In this document: positions 37,134-50,362 of the stretch, one piece after another | How positions within the stretch are numbered: the stretch's first letter is position 1 | Layout: every line of letters begins with the position of its first letter | Assembly (NCBI RefSeq): GCF_001194135.2 | Contig: NC_069003.1 | Span: 36,933,872-36,997,871 of the forward strand | DNA from: Octopus bimaculoides | Taxonomy: Eukaryota | Length of the DNA stretch: 64,000 nucleotides | Direction of reading: 5' to 3' | Made by a program: the position numbers and the translations under genes | Notes under the pieces: model-generated | What the model was told of the DNA's origin: nothing | Seen by the model: only the letters and a program-made list of their open reading frames with translations | Database searches by the model: none

Positions 37134-39846
37134 GTATAACAATTTCTTAATAAAGGGCCAATAGTTGTGAGGTTATTCTGTTGCTTTGTCTTGATCCCTT
37201 GATCAATGTGTTCCAACTTCTTGACTGACAGAATTCTGTATTGCAAACTACTTTTCTCAATTAAATGGTTATTTGTATGAAGGGGTAGGCATCTGGTTCT
37301 AAAGTTTACTCTTTCTCTCTCTCCTAAATACGAACCTTTTCCCCCTCTTTGCATTGAGCCACATTCAGTAGAGGTGAGCAAACTTCAGAATACTTANNNN
37401 NNNNNNNNNNNNNNNNNNNNNNNNNNNNNNNNNNNNNNNNNNNNNNNNNNNNNNNNNNNNNNNNNNNNNNNNNNNNNNNNNNNNNNNNNNNNNNNNNNNN
37501 NNNNNNNNNNNNNNNNNNNNNNNNNNNNNNNNNNNNNNNNNNNNNNNNNNNNNNNNNNNNNNNNNNNNNNNNNNNNNNNNNNNNNNNNNNNNNNNNTTTT
37601 TTTTTTCTTCGTTTCTGCCAAGTTCGTAGGTATTTCTTTAGTTTAGCTTAGCTGGGTTGCCTTAACATCTGGCTTGCTCTGTTGGCAGCGAAAACCAGAA
37701 ACAGAAGAGATCTCAGAGGACAAAAAACAGAAAACTGAAAGTTCGGTTGATAACACATCGTCATCGTCATCATCGTCAAAAGCTGAACAGAAAGATTCCA
37801 ACAGTGACCTTGCCCCAAGCAATAAGGTAGAGACCAACTTGAGACCACCTCTTATTGATGTTGTTGTTGTCGTCATTGCTGTAGCATTTGCTTTTATATT
37901 TTTATATCCTTTGCCAGCTTTTCTTTATTTTGACCATTTTCCTTTTTTTTTCTTTTTCTTTTAACCTCCCTCCGTCTTTTTCGTACTCATTTCTGGTGTT
38001 GGAGTATATCTGTTATGTTGTGCAGTCGCTTCGTAGTTTTACTTTTTGTTCTTTTTTTTTCTATTTTTCCATTCACTCCTCTCCTCTTGAATTACCATCA
38101 AGCTTCCTAGTTTTGTAATGGTGGTGGGGCTTACTTTTCTGGCACTCTGCTTTGGTCTGTTGGTCAAGGCACCCAAATGTCTGTATCTTCACCCTCAGTC
38201 GAGTGCTGGTCCTCATAACTAGATTACAAGTGTGTGTGTGTGTGTGCCATTACTAAAATAGACTTTATCCTTAGCTTTCAGTAATATTCCTAAATGTTTT
38301 AACCCCTTCTACTAATTAGAACCATTTCCTCCATGCACCTTATCTCTCTTTTCGCATTAATTATTGAATTTTGTGGTGGCTTCGTCTAAAATAAAGTATT
38401 TGAAACTTAAGCGCCAATTGCAATTATAATTCCTCAAATATTAGGAATGCGTTATGTGTCTCCTCCCCATCACATGTTGGATTTTTAATGGAAATACTGA
38501 AACAAATTTTGTTAAATCACTTTTAACAATGGAACTTGAAGTAGATCTTGGGTTGAACAAACCTGTAGATGGAACATGTTGAAGGCTCATCCTCTAAACA
38601 ATGTTAGAACACACATCTGTCATGCTTTGCGGAAGACTTGGCTTTGGCTCTTGCAGGCAGCCCTTCTCTTCTCTCTTTATTCTTACCAGAAATTCTGCAT
38701 GCTGTTAGTTATAGCTTTATCACTTCAGGTTCCATTGTCAAAAATGCTTTCTTTTGTGTTGCTCAAACTTTCTAAATTCTTAGAACAAATGTTTTATTCT
38801 GTTTAACCACCATAACTCACCTCACAATTAGATTCAGTTTTTTAACAACTTTTACCTCTATTTTGGGGATTTTTCTTTAACTCTAATCCCTCTAACAATT
38901 TCCACTAACAGCCATTAGGATGCTGATCTAATGGTTTTCATCATCAATACTGCAGTCTTCCTGTTGACATCTGGTACTCTATTAAAACAATCACTGTACT
39001 GTTTAAGACAAGATTCACCGTTTTACATCTCATTCCTTAAAAGTTCCTTCAATGAACAAAGAGGCAACAAGATCTTTTGATATTTGATGTAAGTTGTTAG
39101 AAATGGATCTGTGCTCTGGTCATGTTATTCCTGCTGCCCTCTGACACTGGTCTTCATGGAATCTGTTCTGTACGAGATGTCAACTACTTGTTTTACTCCT
39201 TATGTCGTGGCCATGCTGGGGCGCCATCTTGAAGTGAATTGACCCCCAGGACTTATTTATTTTTCATCCTAGTACTTATTGTTTCGGTCTGTTTTGCCAA
39301 ACTGAGCTATAGGAACAGAAACGCACCAACACCGGTTGTCGAGCATTGATCACACACATGGCAGACTTCTTTCAGTTTCTATCTGCCAAATCCACTCACA
39401 AGGCTTTGATTGACCCAAGGCTATAGAAGACACCTTTTCCAAGATGCTATGTTGACTTCTTTTAAAAGAAAGAAAAATCAACCGGATCTCCCTTGTCTCG
39501 TGCAACTCCCTTTTTAAAAACAAAAGGAGACATTCAACACTGTTTTTGTAGATGTTAAAAAAAAATAAAATTGTGCTGATTGTTGCTAAGCAACAGCTAT
39601 CACCCAATCATTCAGGTCGGTCTGCTTTTAAAAGCCAAAAACTTCATTATAACAGTCTCTGATGTTAATCTCTTCATCTATCACCATATTCCATATGAAA
39701 TATGCTGCACTTTCCCCAAAATAATGCCTCACAATATCACCCCCAGCTCCAGTATGCAAAGTCAGACCTTACATGAGCTTTAAAAATGCACAAGAATGCT
39801 GCATCTTTGATGCCATCAAATACAGTAAGTTACAAATATATTGAAA

Positions 39847-39878
<32 letters not shown>

Positions 39879-39983
39879 GTTTCATTGCATAATTTTTTCC
39901 TTTTTTCTCTCTTTAAGGAATCTGCTACAGAAGAGTCAAAGAAGCCTGGAGCCACCAGTACAACAACATCTTCTACAGCTTAG
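26298..39983 (+). CDS. NASP: Nuclear autoantigenic sperm protein / N1-N2 family histone chaperone (SHNi-TPR), about 500 aa
   Basis: join(26298..26356,27812..27922,28230..28342,29066..29170,29784..29941,30573..30646,31377..31450,32311..32401,32866..32963,33306..33347,34407..34489,34750..34827,35739..35919 [contains N gap],36067..36108,37689..37826,39918..39983). Motifs: LMGQGKRNLICGD, YGEMAFECAAAYFSYGHALLELAR, acidic insertion, NLQLAWESLELAK, AYLKLGEVGLE, ECLKIQ...PEEREIAETYYQLGL, DISHLVRRKRKP NLS. AATAAA at 40211. Extra exons could hide in the 37397-37596 gap. Confidence 0.92.
28540..28710 (-). mobile_element. tRNA-derived SINE in NASP intron 3
   Basis: gaccatgctggagcactgcc...cccagtacttaactggtatttattttgtgatccc...ggttgaactctgaacc. 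Related intronic copies at 30835-30940 (+), 31760-31960 (-) and 39180-39450 (-). Confidence 0.7.
32402..32865 (+). other. U12-type (minor spliceosome) GT-AG intron in NASP
   Basis: Donor GTATCCTT; branch TTCTTTAAC at 32847-32855 about 10 nt before AG (32864-32865); the exons join in frame as IAET|YYQLGL. Confidence 0.85.
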
Positions 39984-40899
39984 TGAATCCTCATATATTG
40001 TATTTTATTATTCTTCCTTCCCATTGGGCAAGAACATTTACTCTTGTCGTCTCAGACAGTATCTCTCCTTTTACACAACACATTTTCTCCCCCGACCCCC
40101 CCTTCTAAAACTATTTCAAAAGTGAGATCCCAATTCACAATCATGTCTTCGTCATTACAATCCAACAAACCCATTTTCTTGCAGGATTTTTTTTTAATGA
40201 TTCTTTAGATAATAAATGTACATTGTTTTTGCAAAACTTTTTAACCCTTCTAAAGTTTAATTTTATTTATTCTCAAACCAGGTAACTTATATCTCTATAT
40301 TTATTTTAGTTTAGATCGGATGATACAATTCAACATGATTATCATGTTTTTTTTTTTGTTTTATTCCCAGGTAAAATCTATGATCAAAGGTGGTTTACCT
40401 CTGTCCAATGTCTGAAGAATAAAAAACTAAATGGACAATGTTGTAAATATACTATAGCATTCTTAAGGCAGTAAGGTGTGATTCAAGATTTTTCTGCTAT
40501 TTCTAGTACATTGAGGGACCACTTGATGACTTCACTCTTGTTCGTTAGTAACAAGAAACACTTCTTACAAATTATTTATTTCTCTACTAACTTTATCCTT
40601 AGTCTATTTAAGTCTTACAGTGAGTTTGATTGGTGTCTAAATATCATAAATCAAATCCAAACCATTTACCCTTGTCCACTAAACCAACAAAAATTCAGTG
40701 ACACGTGTCACAATGGAGTTTTGGATTAGCTTCCCTAATTAAAGGCAGACATAGTTATGGGTGCAAATATGCATTAATAAATCTATTTGAGGACTTCCAT
40801 TTGTGAGCCAATTAAGTTTTATATTCTTATATGACTGATTAAAATTGCAAATTGTGTTATACACAAGTAATTATAATTGTTTGTCAGTTGGTAATTAAG

Positions 40900-41358
40900 T
40901 GGTGTGGGGAAATCGAAACTGAACCAAATTCGATGACTGGCACCTGTGCCAGTGGAGCGCTAACAGCATCATCCAAGCGGGATCACTGCCAGAGCAGCTG
41001 CCTGGCTTCCGTGCTGGAGGCATATAAAAAGCACCGTTTGAATGTGATCCTTACTGGCACGTGCACAAAAAATTTGAGCGAGGTTGTTGCCAGTGCCACT
41101 GGACTGGCTCCTGTGCAGGTGTCACATGAAATACACCATTTGAGCATGGCTGTTCCTAGTAACGCCTGACTGGTGCTCGTACCGGTGGCACGTAATAGCA
41201 CCTACTACACTCACGGAGTGGTTGGCGTTAGGAAGGGCATCCAGCTGTAGAAACTCTGCAAGATCAGATTGGAGCCTGGTGCAGCCATCTGGTTCGTCAG
41301 TCCTCAGTCAAATCGTTCAACCCATGTTAGCATGGAAAGCAGACGTTAAACGATGATG
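40900..41358 (+). mobile_element. RTE 3'-UTR-derived repeat, long copy
   Basis: gaaatcgaaactgaaccaaattcgatgactggcacc...gcacctactacactcacggagtggttggcgttaggaagggcatccagctgtagaaactctgc...gacgttaaacgatgatg, matching 790-1268. Confidence 0.85.
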
Positions 41359-41509
41359 GGGAGGTTGGGGGTTGTTATAGCAGCAGTCATGATGCCATGA
41401 AATATAAAATCTGGGAAACTGCTTTTTTAACCGAAGTTTCTTTTAAATGCCAATTCAACTTGAAATTTTTGCTCTTTCAGATGTTGTTTAATTAAAATAC
41501 TAATTCGAT

Positions 41510-41800
41510 ATAACAAGACTATTTCATCTGTTCCTGGGTAAGCGAATTAAGGTATGGCTCTTGGCCACTCCATCAGCTGTTTCCATGACATAAGTCTGTT
41601 CATAGAAAGAGTAGCAAATCACCCTCAAATGACCTCCTGCATAATCACCCTCAAATAGATGCAACGAGCATTGGAGTCTTAGATAAAATGTTGGAAAGGT
41701 CATGACTGGAACGACTTCAATTATTGAGGAAGGTGTTAACCTTGTACTTGTTACAGGTGTTGGGCATTTTCTAAACCTGATGGAACACTCTTTGACTGTC
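41510..41800 (-). mobile_element. Highly decayed Tc1-like transposase fragment
   Basis: Minus frames give VVPVM, DSNAR and MEWP followed by KS.(D)LN-like text, resembling QDNARPH...EWPAKSPDLN with frameshifts. Confidence 0.35.
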
Positions 41801-43269
41801 TGTTCAAACAGTTGATTTGGTGCCAAACAATACTTTTTTCGTTCTTTTTTTTTTTTTTTTTTTTTTNNNNNNNNNNNNNNNNNNNNNNNNNNNNNCCCCC
41901 CCCCCCCAACTTTTTTTTCTTTTTAACCTTTATTCATGTCTGCATCTTGGCAAAAAACTATGAAGAAAACAAAAAAAAAAGGGGAGACAGAAAACAGCAA
42001 AAAAGTAAATAAAAGGGGCAATGATAGCTAAAAGCAGCAGGAAATCGAATGAATGACAAAAATAGAGAAATGTCAAGAGGAAAGGATTTTGGAAGACCTG
42101 GAATTTTTGGCAGTTGCAATGTCTTGAAAGGTGAATGCTTTGTTTCCCTGCTTCAACAGTCCTGAGTGTGAAAAAAAAATTTTCCCAAAAGTCATGGGTG
42201 CTGTGCTTCTTTTTTAATTATCTTATTTTTTCTCTTTATAAGCATGACCAAGGGTGGTAGAGAATTGAATACAAACAGGTGACCAAAGTTTTGTAAAATA
42301 TGGTAATTTTGTGGGTTTCTACCAAGTCAGTTGGTAGACATCAAAACTTGATGCCCAGCAAAACAAGATATGGTAAATGACTGACGGAAGATCTTCTGAT
42401 TGCATTTCTGGACAGCTTCCAGTAGATCAATAATCTGGACAAGACGGGTTCCAAACTGGTGACAGAAACCGTAATTTTTCACTTTGATACAAAGTAGAAA
42501 GAGTTTACCAGTTTGAAAGAAAATTCAACTCCTTAAAAAACTGAGAGTAGCAATCCTTACTCCAAAGACTCTTCTAAAGAACTTGCTAAGATTTGTCATC
42601 ACTACAAGACATCTACTCACTGTCCTGTTGTCCCCCGCCCCGACATGCCTATGTGATTCTTTTATGTTTCAGCCCTAAGCTTGTGGCCGTTCAGGGACAC
42701 TACGTACTTCACCTTTTTGTCTATATAAGTCTTCAAAGGTATTATATACAGAAAAATGTTACTAATCCAAACAAGTCGTAGAAGAAACAGAGTTGAAGAT
42801 GCACAGAAAATGTGTGTGTGTGTCCTTGTCTTGGCATCACTTTGTTTTTAAAAAATATCTTATTTCGTTTCCAATCCACAGTGAGGAACGCATGTACCAG
42901 GTTCCGTAGCCATCTTCAGGCCATGCTGGAAGCTGAGCTTGACCATTTTGAGTAAAATGTTATCTTCCAGCGATAATCTTGTTGAGGTTTTCTTTTTAAA
43001 TGCTTTTTATTTTTGTATGGAATATTGGTTTTTCCTTTTATGTAAACTGTGAAATTTAGCCCAAACACCACCCCTCTATAAATATGTATGTAACCTCTGT
43101 AGTAAACATGTATTGGGTTCTCCTGAATGGTTTCTTCATCACTTGACCCAAAGAAAGTAGTCAATTTTTATATACACAACAAATCCAGAAGCTCCAGAGA
43201 ACTGGAGTGACTGATTTGCATAAGTGGTTAACCTTTTATTTAATGTCGTCAGCAGCAGCCGCTTGTCAG

Positions 43270-44100
43270 TCTACCCCGGAAGGATATAAGTAACATCTAT
43301 GGCAGGGAGGCAAATTTATGTCTCTGTGCATTGCAAGAATGATGAACTGGCTTAATTTAATTTTCGTTTCGACCATTCGACTACGGTCATCCTGGAATAC
43401 TGTCTTCAAATGTTTTGTTGACAAGATCATCCCCCAGTATTTTAAAAATTTGGTGTTTATTCTGTTGGTCATTTTTGCTGAACCGCTAGGTTACAAGAGA
43501 TGTAAACAAACCAGTACTGCTTATCAAGTATACAGATATGTGTGACAGGATTTTGCCCTGTTTCTCTCTTCCCAAATTCACTAAAAGTGTTGGCCCAGAG
43601 TTGTTAGAAAAGCCGTCCAAAGTGCTGGGCAATAGGATTGAACCTAAATCCATGTTGCAAAGCCAACTTTGTAAGAACATAACCAATTAATAGACATTCA
43701 AACAAACATTAAATGATGATGATGATGATATCGGTAGAAGTAATAAACTTACTTTGTAACTTCTGCTAGCAGGCATGGTTGTATGGTTCCAGGTTCAATT
43801 CCACTGCGTGGCACCCTGGGCAAGTGTCTTATACAATAGCCTTGTGAGTGGATTTGATAGACAGAAACTGAAAGAAGCCTGTTGTGTTTCTTTCTCTTTG
43901 TCCCACACCTCTGCTTGATAATCGGTGTTGGTATGTCTGTCCCCATAACTTAGAAGTTCGGCAAAAGAGACTGATATAACAAGTACCAGGCTTAGAGAAA
44001 AAAAAAACCTAAGTACTGGCTTGGTTCATTCAACTAAAATTCTTCGTGCCCCAGCATGGCCATAGCCTAATGACTTGCACAAGTAAAAGATAAAACACAC
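43270..44100. mobile_element. Head-to-head pair of diverged SINEs (43270-43690 minus; 43760-44100 plus)
   Basis: The plus copy has ggttcaattccactgcgtggcaccctgggcaagtgtctt...gaaactgaaagaagcc...acaagtaccagg...ccagcatggcc; the minus copy is its diverged reverse complement. Confidence 0.7.
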
Positions 44101-45559
44101 AATATATTTACATATACACACTCGTGTTTCAAGTTCTATTTTCTTGTTTGTATTGCCAAACCTGTGTGTGTGTGTGTATATATACACACACTCATGCATG
44201 TTTGTGTGTGTGTGTTATTGGCCCACTAACAGCTGAAACTGCCATCAACTGAAGAGGACCTTGGTTCTAGTTAAATGACTCACTGGGAAAGATAAAGTCT
44301 ATTCAGGTGACATAATTAGGAATGGCAGGGCCGGGTCGTATCAGCCTTGCTGACTGCTTCAAAGTCTTACTAAATGTTCCAATGCCTGCTCCCTCTTCTT
44401 AGCAATGATAAAATCAAATTCTCTCCCACCCTCTTCTTGCTCTCATTTTTCTCTCCCTCGCTCCACCAGAGGTACGCTGTCTTTTGTCACCTGAGAGGAG
44501 AAACTGAACCTAGAGCACCAATTGAGTACATTTCAGCATATATATATATATATATATGACATGCCTGAGCGTACAAACAAAAGAAAATGTACTCAATACA
44601 GCTAAGGGTTGGTGGTGATCCAACGTTAAAATAACAAAAGCAATGCCTCAATCACATACTCACCTAACCCATGCTAACATAGAAAAACAGAAGTAAAACA
44701 AATGGCAAATATTGCCTCTCCTCTTCTTCACTGTCTAATGTGTTTTTTTTCGTTAGCTTTTTCAATGTTCTCTGCATTAATTATGTTAACACCAGCTTGC
44801 AGTGTAACAAGATTACTTCGTAGACGTAGATGTTTGTGGCATTCACAGGGAAGACGAAGGTTTGGCTTGTATGACAGAGAATTACTGTTTTACAACAGAA
44901 CATGTCAGAAATATTTGGTGTTTAAACCGATGGATGGTGTGTTTATGTGAGTGTTTGTTGCAAACTGCATGAGTAAGCTACAGGAGTAGACTAACAAGTA
45001 ATTTAGTACGAATATATCCACCGGAATGGGATGGTGCATGTCTGTGTACACATGTGAGTGAGTGTGTAAATATAGATATAAATATATGTTTGTAGACATT
45101 GGTGTGTAAGGTTCACAATTTTCAAGACTGTGATGTGTGAGAGAGAGTGTATAACAAGGTTGTGAAAGAGTGTGAGTATATGCTTATTTATGTGTATGTG
45201 TGAGAGATTGAGAGAGACTGTGTTTATATGTATGTGTATATCAGTGTGTGCGTGTGAGACTATAAAATCAGGTATGGTTAGATTATTGTGTGTGTGTGTG
45301 TCTGAAATTACCGTATCCCTCAACATACTAACAATGCAGCACTATACATAGAAGATGAATCAGGGTACCCTGAATGGAACAAACTCCTCTCTCTCTCCCT
45401 CACTCTCTCTCTCTCTCTCTCTCTCTCCTCCCTCCCTCACTCTCTCTCTCTCTCTATATGTATACATCTTTCTCTGCACACACACACCCACAACCTGCTT
45501 CTCTTTTCTGTTGTTCTTACTGCCGTTGCAGTAGTTAGATACTTGACTGAAAAACACTT

Positions 45560-45836
45560 ACAGCCACATGACCACCACTGCCACTGACGCCATCACCTTT
45601 ACTACTTCACCTTCACCACCCCCACCACCACCACCATCATCACCACCATTGATATTGCTAAAATTAATAACATCATCAATACCACAACAGCCACCACCAC
45701 CGCCCACCACCATCACTGCCAAAAGCAGAACTGCAGTACCCAGGTATCGCTACCACCACCACCACCAATACCATCGTCACTGCAACATCAGCAACCATCG
45801 CTGCAGTTAGCCAGCCAGCCAGCCAGCCAGCCAGAC
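45560..45836. repeat. (CCA/CAC)n low-complexity tract followed by (GCCA)n; similar (GGT/AGT)n tracts at 51700-51740 and 53185-53400
   Basis: Direct inspection. Confidence 0.8.
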
Positions 45837-46829
45837 AGTATGATGGAAACAGTGACATGATATTGGAAGACGAAGTCTGACATTGTAGAATGTCTGTGAG
45901 ACCTGAAGAATGTTCCATAACCACCATACACTCCCACCTCTCCCCCTCTCTCACCCCTCCCTCTCTCTCTCTCTCTCTTTCTTTCTCTTAGATATATATT
46001 AAAATGTTTGCTCTGTGTTTTCCATGTATTTATCCTTAACCAAACTGCGTTGCCTCTTTTGTTATTAATCTGCCGCCGCCACTGTCGTGTGCCGTTCTTT
46101 AGATTTCTTTCCACTATTATTAGTTTTTGTTTACCATTATTTCATGAGAAGGAATCTGTATATTCTTCCTAAAGTCTGCAGTTGAATTCTGAGGTAAGCA
46201 GTCTTTGATGAGTTTTTTAAGATTGACAAAAAACCAGTTGTTTGACCCTTCATTTTGAACTCCCAGATCTCCTCCGCTTTATCCAGGGGGAATGGATTGT
46301 CGCAGCGACACTCAATCCTTCGGCATTCACAGATTATTCTGTCAAACGTAATCTTCATTTAATCAAACTGTTTTCAATTATTCATTCATTATCTTTCAAC
46401 TTTAAGACATTGATGATGTGATTGCTTATTTTTAGAATGACATTGCAGGGTAGGTGTGAGAGGTCAGATCTGGTTGGTTTGAACATACAACAGGGAGGAA
46501 ATAAGGGCCAAATAGGGGTAGTTTAAATGCCGATTGCACCAAACATTGATATATCATGTTTTTCTTTGCTCTTCCTCTTTCACGTTGTCACCTTTGGAAT
46601 TAGAATGATTTCAAGCTTGTCAAAGATTATTTCCAGTCTTGGATATTGACCAATTTCGTTTAGGTCTATGGCATTACAGTAAATTGGTAATGAGTGGGGA
46701 AGGGAGGGGGTGGGAAGAACAAAAACTTTTCACAATGACTATTTATAATTTTACTTGACTGTCTCTCACTCGCATACGCTCTGTCTGTCCGTGTGTCTGG
46801 CTATTTTTTTTTTCTTTATATATCTTTTA

Positions 46830-47775
46830 TTTTTTACTTGTTTCAGTAATTGGACTGTGGCCATGCTGGGGCAATACCTTATTCAAACAAATCAACCCTA
46901 ATACATTTTTTCCCTAAGTCTGGTATTTATTCTATCACTCTCTTTTGCCAAACCACTAAGTTACAGGGATGTAAACAAACCAACACTACTTTTCAAGTGG
47001 TGTGGGATGGCCATGGATCTTCTCCGCAATATTAAACCTATTCCTACTCCTCCCAACACCACTTAAAATGCCTGAGCCGTGTCCCCCTCCTTCTACTTTT
47101 TAGTCTAGAAAGTGTCAAGGCGACCTCACTGGTGCTGGTGCCATGAATAAAACCACCAACCACTCTCCAAAGTGGTTGGCACTTGGGTGGGGGTGGGGGC
47201 ATCCAGACCAATGAACCATGTCAAAATCTGAGGCACCGCACTGAGATCTGGTTCTGCAATCCATTGAGTCCTGCTAAAATGTCCAACCCATGACAGCATG
47301 GAAGGCAGACTTAAAATGATGATGATGATGATGATGATGTGTGAGTGAGAGAGACTGTTGTTCCACGAGTCAAACAACAGAATTACATTTAAAATGTATT
47401 GAGTCCTTCGCTGGATTGTGTGTGTGGGCTTCTTGATTGTTCTGGGTTATTGTATGTGAGTATGTGTATGTGTGTGAATGTATGCATGTATGAGTGTAGA
47501 TATGTGTGTGGATGTGTGATAAGTTTGCTTCCCAATCATATGGTTTGGGGTTCAGTCCCACTGCATGGCAACCTGGACAAATGTTTTCTGCTATAGCTTT
47601 GGGTTGACCAAAGCCTTGTGAGTGGATTTGGTAGACGGAAACTGAAAGAAGCCTGTCATATATGTGTGTGTGTGTATTAGTCTCCCACCACCACTTGACA
47701 ACCAGTGTTGGTGTGTTTATGATGCCCCAGCATGGCCACAGCCTAATGACTGAAACAAGTAGAAGATAAAAGATA
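46830..47775. mobile_element. SINE cluster: 46830-47010 (-), RTE-tail repeat 47130-47338 (+), SINE 47530-47775 (+)
   Basis: Family hallmarks ttacttgtttcagtaattggactgtggccatgctgggg, ggttcagtcccactgcatggcaacctggacaaatg and ccagcatggccacagcctaatgactgaaacaag. Confidence 0.75.
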
Positions 47776-48065
47776 CACATGTATACACACACACACACAC
47801 ATATGCGTGTGACTATATATATTTATCATATATATGTGTGTGTCTGTATAAGAAAGTGAGAGCTTGGTTCCTGCAGAACGTTGTGGAAAAATCAAATTTT
47901 TCCTCCTTTCTTTTCTTCTTTGCTTTTCAGACCAAAATATGTTGCAGCTGAACACACGGACACACCTATACACACAGGTACACTCATACCTACACACACA
48001 CGCATACATTGAGACACACTCACACACACTCACTTCATCTATCTCTCTCTCTCTCTCTCTCTCTC

Positions 48066-48215
48066 TACCCTCTCCTCTTCTGTGTCTGTCTCTTTCTCTC
48101 TCTCTCTCTCTACCCTCTCCTCTTCTGTGTCTGTCTCTTTCTCTCACTTTCTCTCTCTCTCTCTACCCTCTCCTCTTCTGTGTCTGTCTCTTTCTCTCAC
48201 TTTCTCTCTCTTTCT
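48066..48215. repeat. Three-copy pyrimidine-rich minisatellite embedded in (CT)n
   Basis: taccctctcctcttctgtgtctgtctctttctctc starts at about 48066, 48111 and 48164. Confidence 0.85.
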
Positions 48216-48332
48216 CAGTGTGTGCATTGATTGTCTGTTTGACTCTCTCTCGCTCTCCCTCCCTCTCCCAATGTCTCTACTTATAAACCTATCTATTTAG
48301 CTATCTTCCCCTTATCCCTTTTTGCTATTGCT

Positions 48333-48370
<38 letters not shown>

Positions 48371-48890
48371 CTCCCCTTTTCTCTTTTCCTTCATCTTTCT
48401 CTCTCTTTCTCTCTGTCTATACTTATAGCAGAACACCCTTCACTTTACATAGTGTCACACATACTCACACACACAGAGGACCAATCTAAGTGTTTCTTTT
48501 GTCATTAGCCACACACAAATTCCAAATGCACACCTTCACACACATACACATACTTATACACACTTTCATACATACACGCATGCACACCTACACACATACC
48601 AACACAGACACACACACAGGTCTATGAGACTAACCTCAGTTCCTGTATTACATGGGAAAGGATAGAGAGAGAGAGAGAGGTAACAGCTACTTTGGTGAGA
48701 GGAGAGAAAGAGAGAGAGTGAGTCAATCGTGGGTGGAAGAGAGAGAGAGAGAGAGAGAGACAGTTGTGAGAGGAAGAGAGAGTGAGGGGGAGAGAGAGAG
48801 AGATACACAGACAATTGTGAGAGGGTGAAAGAGTGACTCAGTTACCGGTGGAAGAGAGACCGAGAGTCAGTTGAAAGTGAAAGAGAGTCG

Positions 48891-49018
48891 ATTGGACTTC
48901 AGTCAGGTCAGTCAGGTTAGTCATTAGTCTTCAGTTTTTCTATTTTATCTGTCTGTTCCTTTGCTCGGATGATGTCTAAGAGTTTGGCGTCTTATTTCGG
49001 AAGGCATTGCATGTGTAG
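48891..49018 (+). promoter_or_regulatory. Candidate beta-tubulin core promoter / non-coding first exon
   Basis: Inverted CCAAT (48891-48895), five TCAGTY/TTAGTC initiator-like motifs in 48899-48936, possible donor TAG|GTGTGC at 49018; an acceptor precedes the tubulin ATG (AG at 51270-51271). Confidence 0.35.
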
Positions 49019-49961
49019 GTGTGCATATCTGTTATATATATATGTATATATGTATTACATGTATGTATATTGTATGAGTGGTGTAATTGAATAACTGATA
49101 TGTCTCTTGAAATTCTATTATATTAAATGCGTTGTAAAATTATTTGGAAAAAGAAAAAAATACAAAAGAAAAGAAATAATAGATTTGAAGAGAACATCTC
49201 AGGGTGGGAAGAGGGTGGTTGTGCCATTGAATTAATGTAAAACTTGGATGAATAATGAATGTAATTGAGATGGAATATTTGCAGCCCGGCAGTAAAGTTG
49301 TGAAAGCATTAAAAGCAGAATGGGGATTCTTTCGTACAGATAAGCAGTTCTGTTGCTTGAAATTTCTTTCTGAACGAAATGGTTTGGGTTTCAGTCCCAC
49401 TCTGTGGCATCTTGCAGAAAGTTTCTTCTGCAACGATTTGTGAATGGATATTTATCAGATGGAAACTAAAAGAAGCTCATCACACACACACAAACATATT
49501 TATGCGATATATATTTAAACACACACACACACACACACATATATAGAGAGAGATTTACACACACACACACATGCATGCAGATATGCAGTCAGACACGTAA
49601 CTTGTTCAACTGAAGTATATGTATGGATGGATGTGCCTGTGTTTCTGTCCGTCCGCCTGCCTCCCTGTCTTGCTGTCAATCTGTGTCTCTGTCTACGAAA
49701 GCAGCAAGCAGACAGAATTGTTAACATGTCGGAGAAAATGCTTCACCTTTCTTCGTTTAGGGTTCAAAAAATGTGTACCAGTAGAGCTCTGGGGGGGTTG
49801 ATGAAATCAACTATTGACCTCCCTAAAATTGCTGGCCTAGGGCTAAAATTAGAAACACTATATATGTCTGTCGATCTTCCTCCCTGCTTCTCTCCCCTCC
49901 TCTCTCTCTCTCTCTCCCTCTCTATCTCTATATATATCTATCTGTCTATATATAATTTCAT

Positions 49962-49993
49962 ACTGCAGTCCTGCACTCTACCAACTGAGCTAC
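49962..49993 (-). pseudogene. tRNA 5'-half fragment (Tyr/Cys-like)
   Basis: Minus: GTAGCTCAGTTGGTAGAGTGCAGGACTGCAGT = D-arm plus anticodon-loop start; no T-arm or acceptor stem downstream. Confidence 0.55.
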
Positions 49994-50362
49994 ACACACA
50001 CACACACACACATCAACCTCGTCTTCATCATTTTGATATCCGCTTCCCTTTGCTTGTGTGGATTGGACAGAGTTCATTGAGGCTGATTTTCTATGGCTGG
50101 TTGCCCTGCCTGATACCCAACCCTTCCCTGTTGCCAAGCAAAGGAATGTTTCTCTGTGGCTAGACATGTTTTTGAGGAAGATTGGAAATGAAATGAGATA
50201 TTTCTTACAAGCATCATGTGATGCCAAGACAAGAAAACACAGGCATACACACATTAACACACACACACACACACACGTGTATATATATATATATAAACTA
50301 TAAGTCAAATTTACTACAATAAAAAAAGTATGTAATGACCATTATTTAGACCTTGTCTCATA

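Noticed and set aside
42300-42480. pogo/Tigger-like NLDKTG motif
   Set aside because: A single short motif in heavily interrupted frames; insufficient to call.
42861-42930. Minus-strand CTGAAGA...GAAA hammerhead-like spacing
   Set aside because: Stems I and III and the cleavage triplet cannot be formed.
46137-46358. 73-aa Cys-containing minus-strand ORF
   Set aside because: No recognisable domain, no supporting exon chain; likely repeat debris.
48066-48215. Repeat-spacer-like pattern as a CRISPR array
   Set aside because: Eukaryotic context; spacers are just (CT)n; it is a minisatellite.
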